A DNA stretch of 63,656 nucleotides, filler included, from Octopus bimaculoides (Eukaryota), in assembly GCF_001194135.2 (NCBI RefSeq). It is 5 parts of 4 records of this genome, joined end to end, with 100 filler letters (N's around TTAATTAATTAA, not from the genome) between each part and the next. Parts side by side here need not be neighbours in the genome. Positions count along the whole stretch, not along the records: positions 37,434 to 63,656 come from NC_068993.1; 4 more parts are not named here. One strand, 5' to 3'. The notes under the pieces are model-generated. The model was not told the origin of the DNA. It did no database searches and saw only the letters and a list, made by a program, of their open reading frames with translations. This document shows, in pieces, positions 62,515-63,656 of the stretch; position 1 is the first letter of the stretch, and each line of letters opens with the position of its first letter. The translations under genes were made by a program, and so were the position numbers.

Positions 62515-63085
62515 AGATAAAGAACCTGAACCACTGCTGCAAAACAAACAAAATGGATCAGACTGCAAAAAAGAACGCGCAGAAACAAATTGAGGAGCGA
62601 TAGAACCAGAAGCCTCTGCATGGACAGTATATACTTGCTTAACCAAAACTACCAGGCTAACATTCTTCAAAACGGTTCTGGCCCTAAATGCAGATTCTGC
62701 GACACATTTGACGAAACAATAGACCATCTCGTCTCGGGATGTCCTATACTGACACCAAACGAATACAAGAATCGTCACGATACAAAGACCTGGAAATAGA
62801 GGTAACTCGAATGTGGAATCTAAAAACAGAAACAATTCCTATCATAGGAGACGCATTAGGTATGATAAAAAACATATTCAGACAAATACATAACAAAAAC
62901 ACCAGGACTTACAAGTATATATGACGTACAGAAAATTGCACTACTGGGCACTGCACACATCCAACGCAAAACACTTTCAATACAGTATACATAAGAGCAT
63001 CACAGCACATACCCAAGACACAGAGCTGCGCTCGGTAGTGAAGTGAAAGTACGCTACAAAAATAAAACTACTGAACAACAATAAT
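62515..63085 (+). mobile_element. Internally deleted R4/Dong-type LINE 3' fragment
   Basis: NYQANILQNGSGPKCRFCDTFDETIDHLVSGCPIL; LEIEVTRMWNLKTETIPIIGDALG; then a UTR and (AAT)n at about 63075-63105. Confidence 0.85.
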
Positions 63086-63189
63086 AATAATAATAATAAT
63101 AATAATTTCAATACTGTAAAAATAACTATATACAGCGTGCAGAAACTCAAATGTTAGTTTTTTGGGAATCAAAAGTAGAGGTTGATAAT

Positions 63190-63656
63190 TCTCTTATATT
63201 TTTATTCCGTCTATAGGCAGCTGAGGAAATATCTGTTTGAAACGAAGATATTTTTCTGCAACATGCTGGTAACTTTCATGTAACACTCTTGAAATTCCAA
63301 CGAAATTTCGGTGCCGGTTAATCACTAAAGGAATTCTGTCAGATATTGTACTTTGTTTGCTAAAATTATGCATGAAAGTTTGACTTTCTTTGCTAATCTT
63401 AGCTGTGTCATTTGCTATTTCCTTTAATCGTGATTCACTGTAACCGCGTTTGACATAATGTGGCACAAAAGCATTTGTATCTTTCCGGTAATCCCTTATG
63501 TCAGTAGAAATCCGTTTTATCCTTAAAAATTGGAATTTCGGATTTGACCGAATATTATTATGTGGATTATCGGAGCGGCGGTGAAGGTAAATGTGGAATG
63601 ACGTGGGCTTGCAAAATAACTTTGTCACTATTCTGCTTCCAGAAAACTTAACTTTT
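63190..63656 (-). mobile_element. Penelope-like element fragment (post-RT region)
   Basis: LHRRSDNPH..PKFQFLRIKRIS..YVKRGYSESRL..DRIPLVI matches the PLE motifs S.HP..IP.SQFLR..RIC..RGY..RIPLV. Confidence 0.75.

Overview
This is eukaryotic, AT-rich, microsatellite-laden DNA with many assembly gaps, not prokaryotic sequence. The SINE families and the abundance of R4/Dong-type, RTE-type and Penelope-like elements point to a cephalopod, most likely Octopus; this is inferred from repeat content only. I found no host protein-coding gene I can support, only weak splice-signal candidates, and no rRNA, true tRNA or CRISPR. The window is a nested transposon graveyard: three tRNA-derived SINE families, an unclassified ~530-bp retroposon-like repeat, about ten R4/Dong-type RLE LINE pieces, two Tx1/L1-clade pieces, RTE pieces, several Penelope-like (PLE) pieces, and remnants of four DNA-transposon groups (FLYWCH-MULE/Phantom, THAP+SAP ISL2EU-like, Tigger/pogo, Charlie/SPIN-type hAT). 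The most interesting observations are: (1) minimal type-I hammerhead-ribozyme motifs in PLE-type termini, with three head-to-head inverted pairs of such termini; (2) a ~9-kb array in which (AAT)n microsatellite appears to have been reused as an insertion site, with strand polarity; (3) an RLE element bounded by (TACA)n rather than (AAT)n; (4) a TIR-bounded THAP+SAP element whose removal restores the host RT reading frame; (5) a Phantom-like MULE with a clean 9-bp TSD. All family assignments come from motifs recognised by eye, and boundaries are approximate unless a TSD or TIR is quoted.
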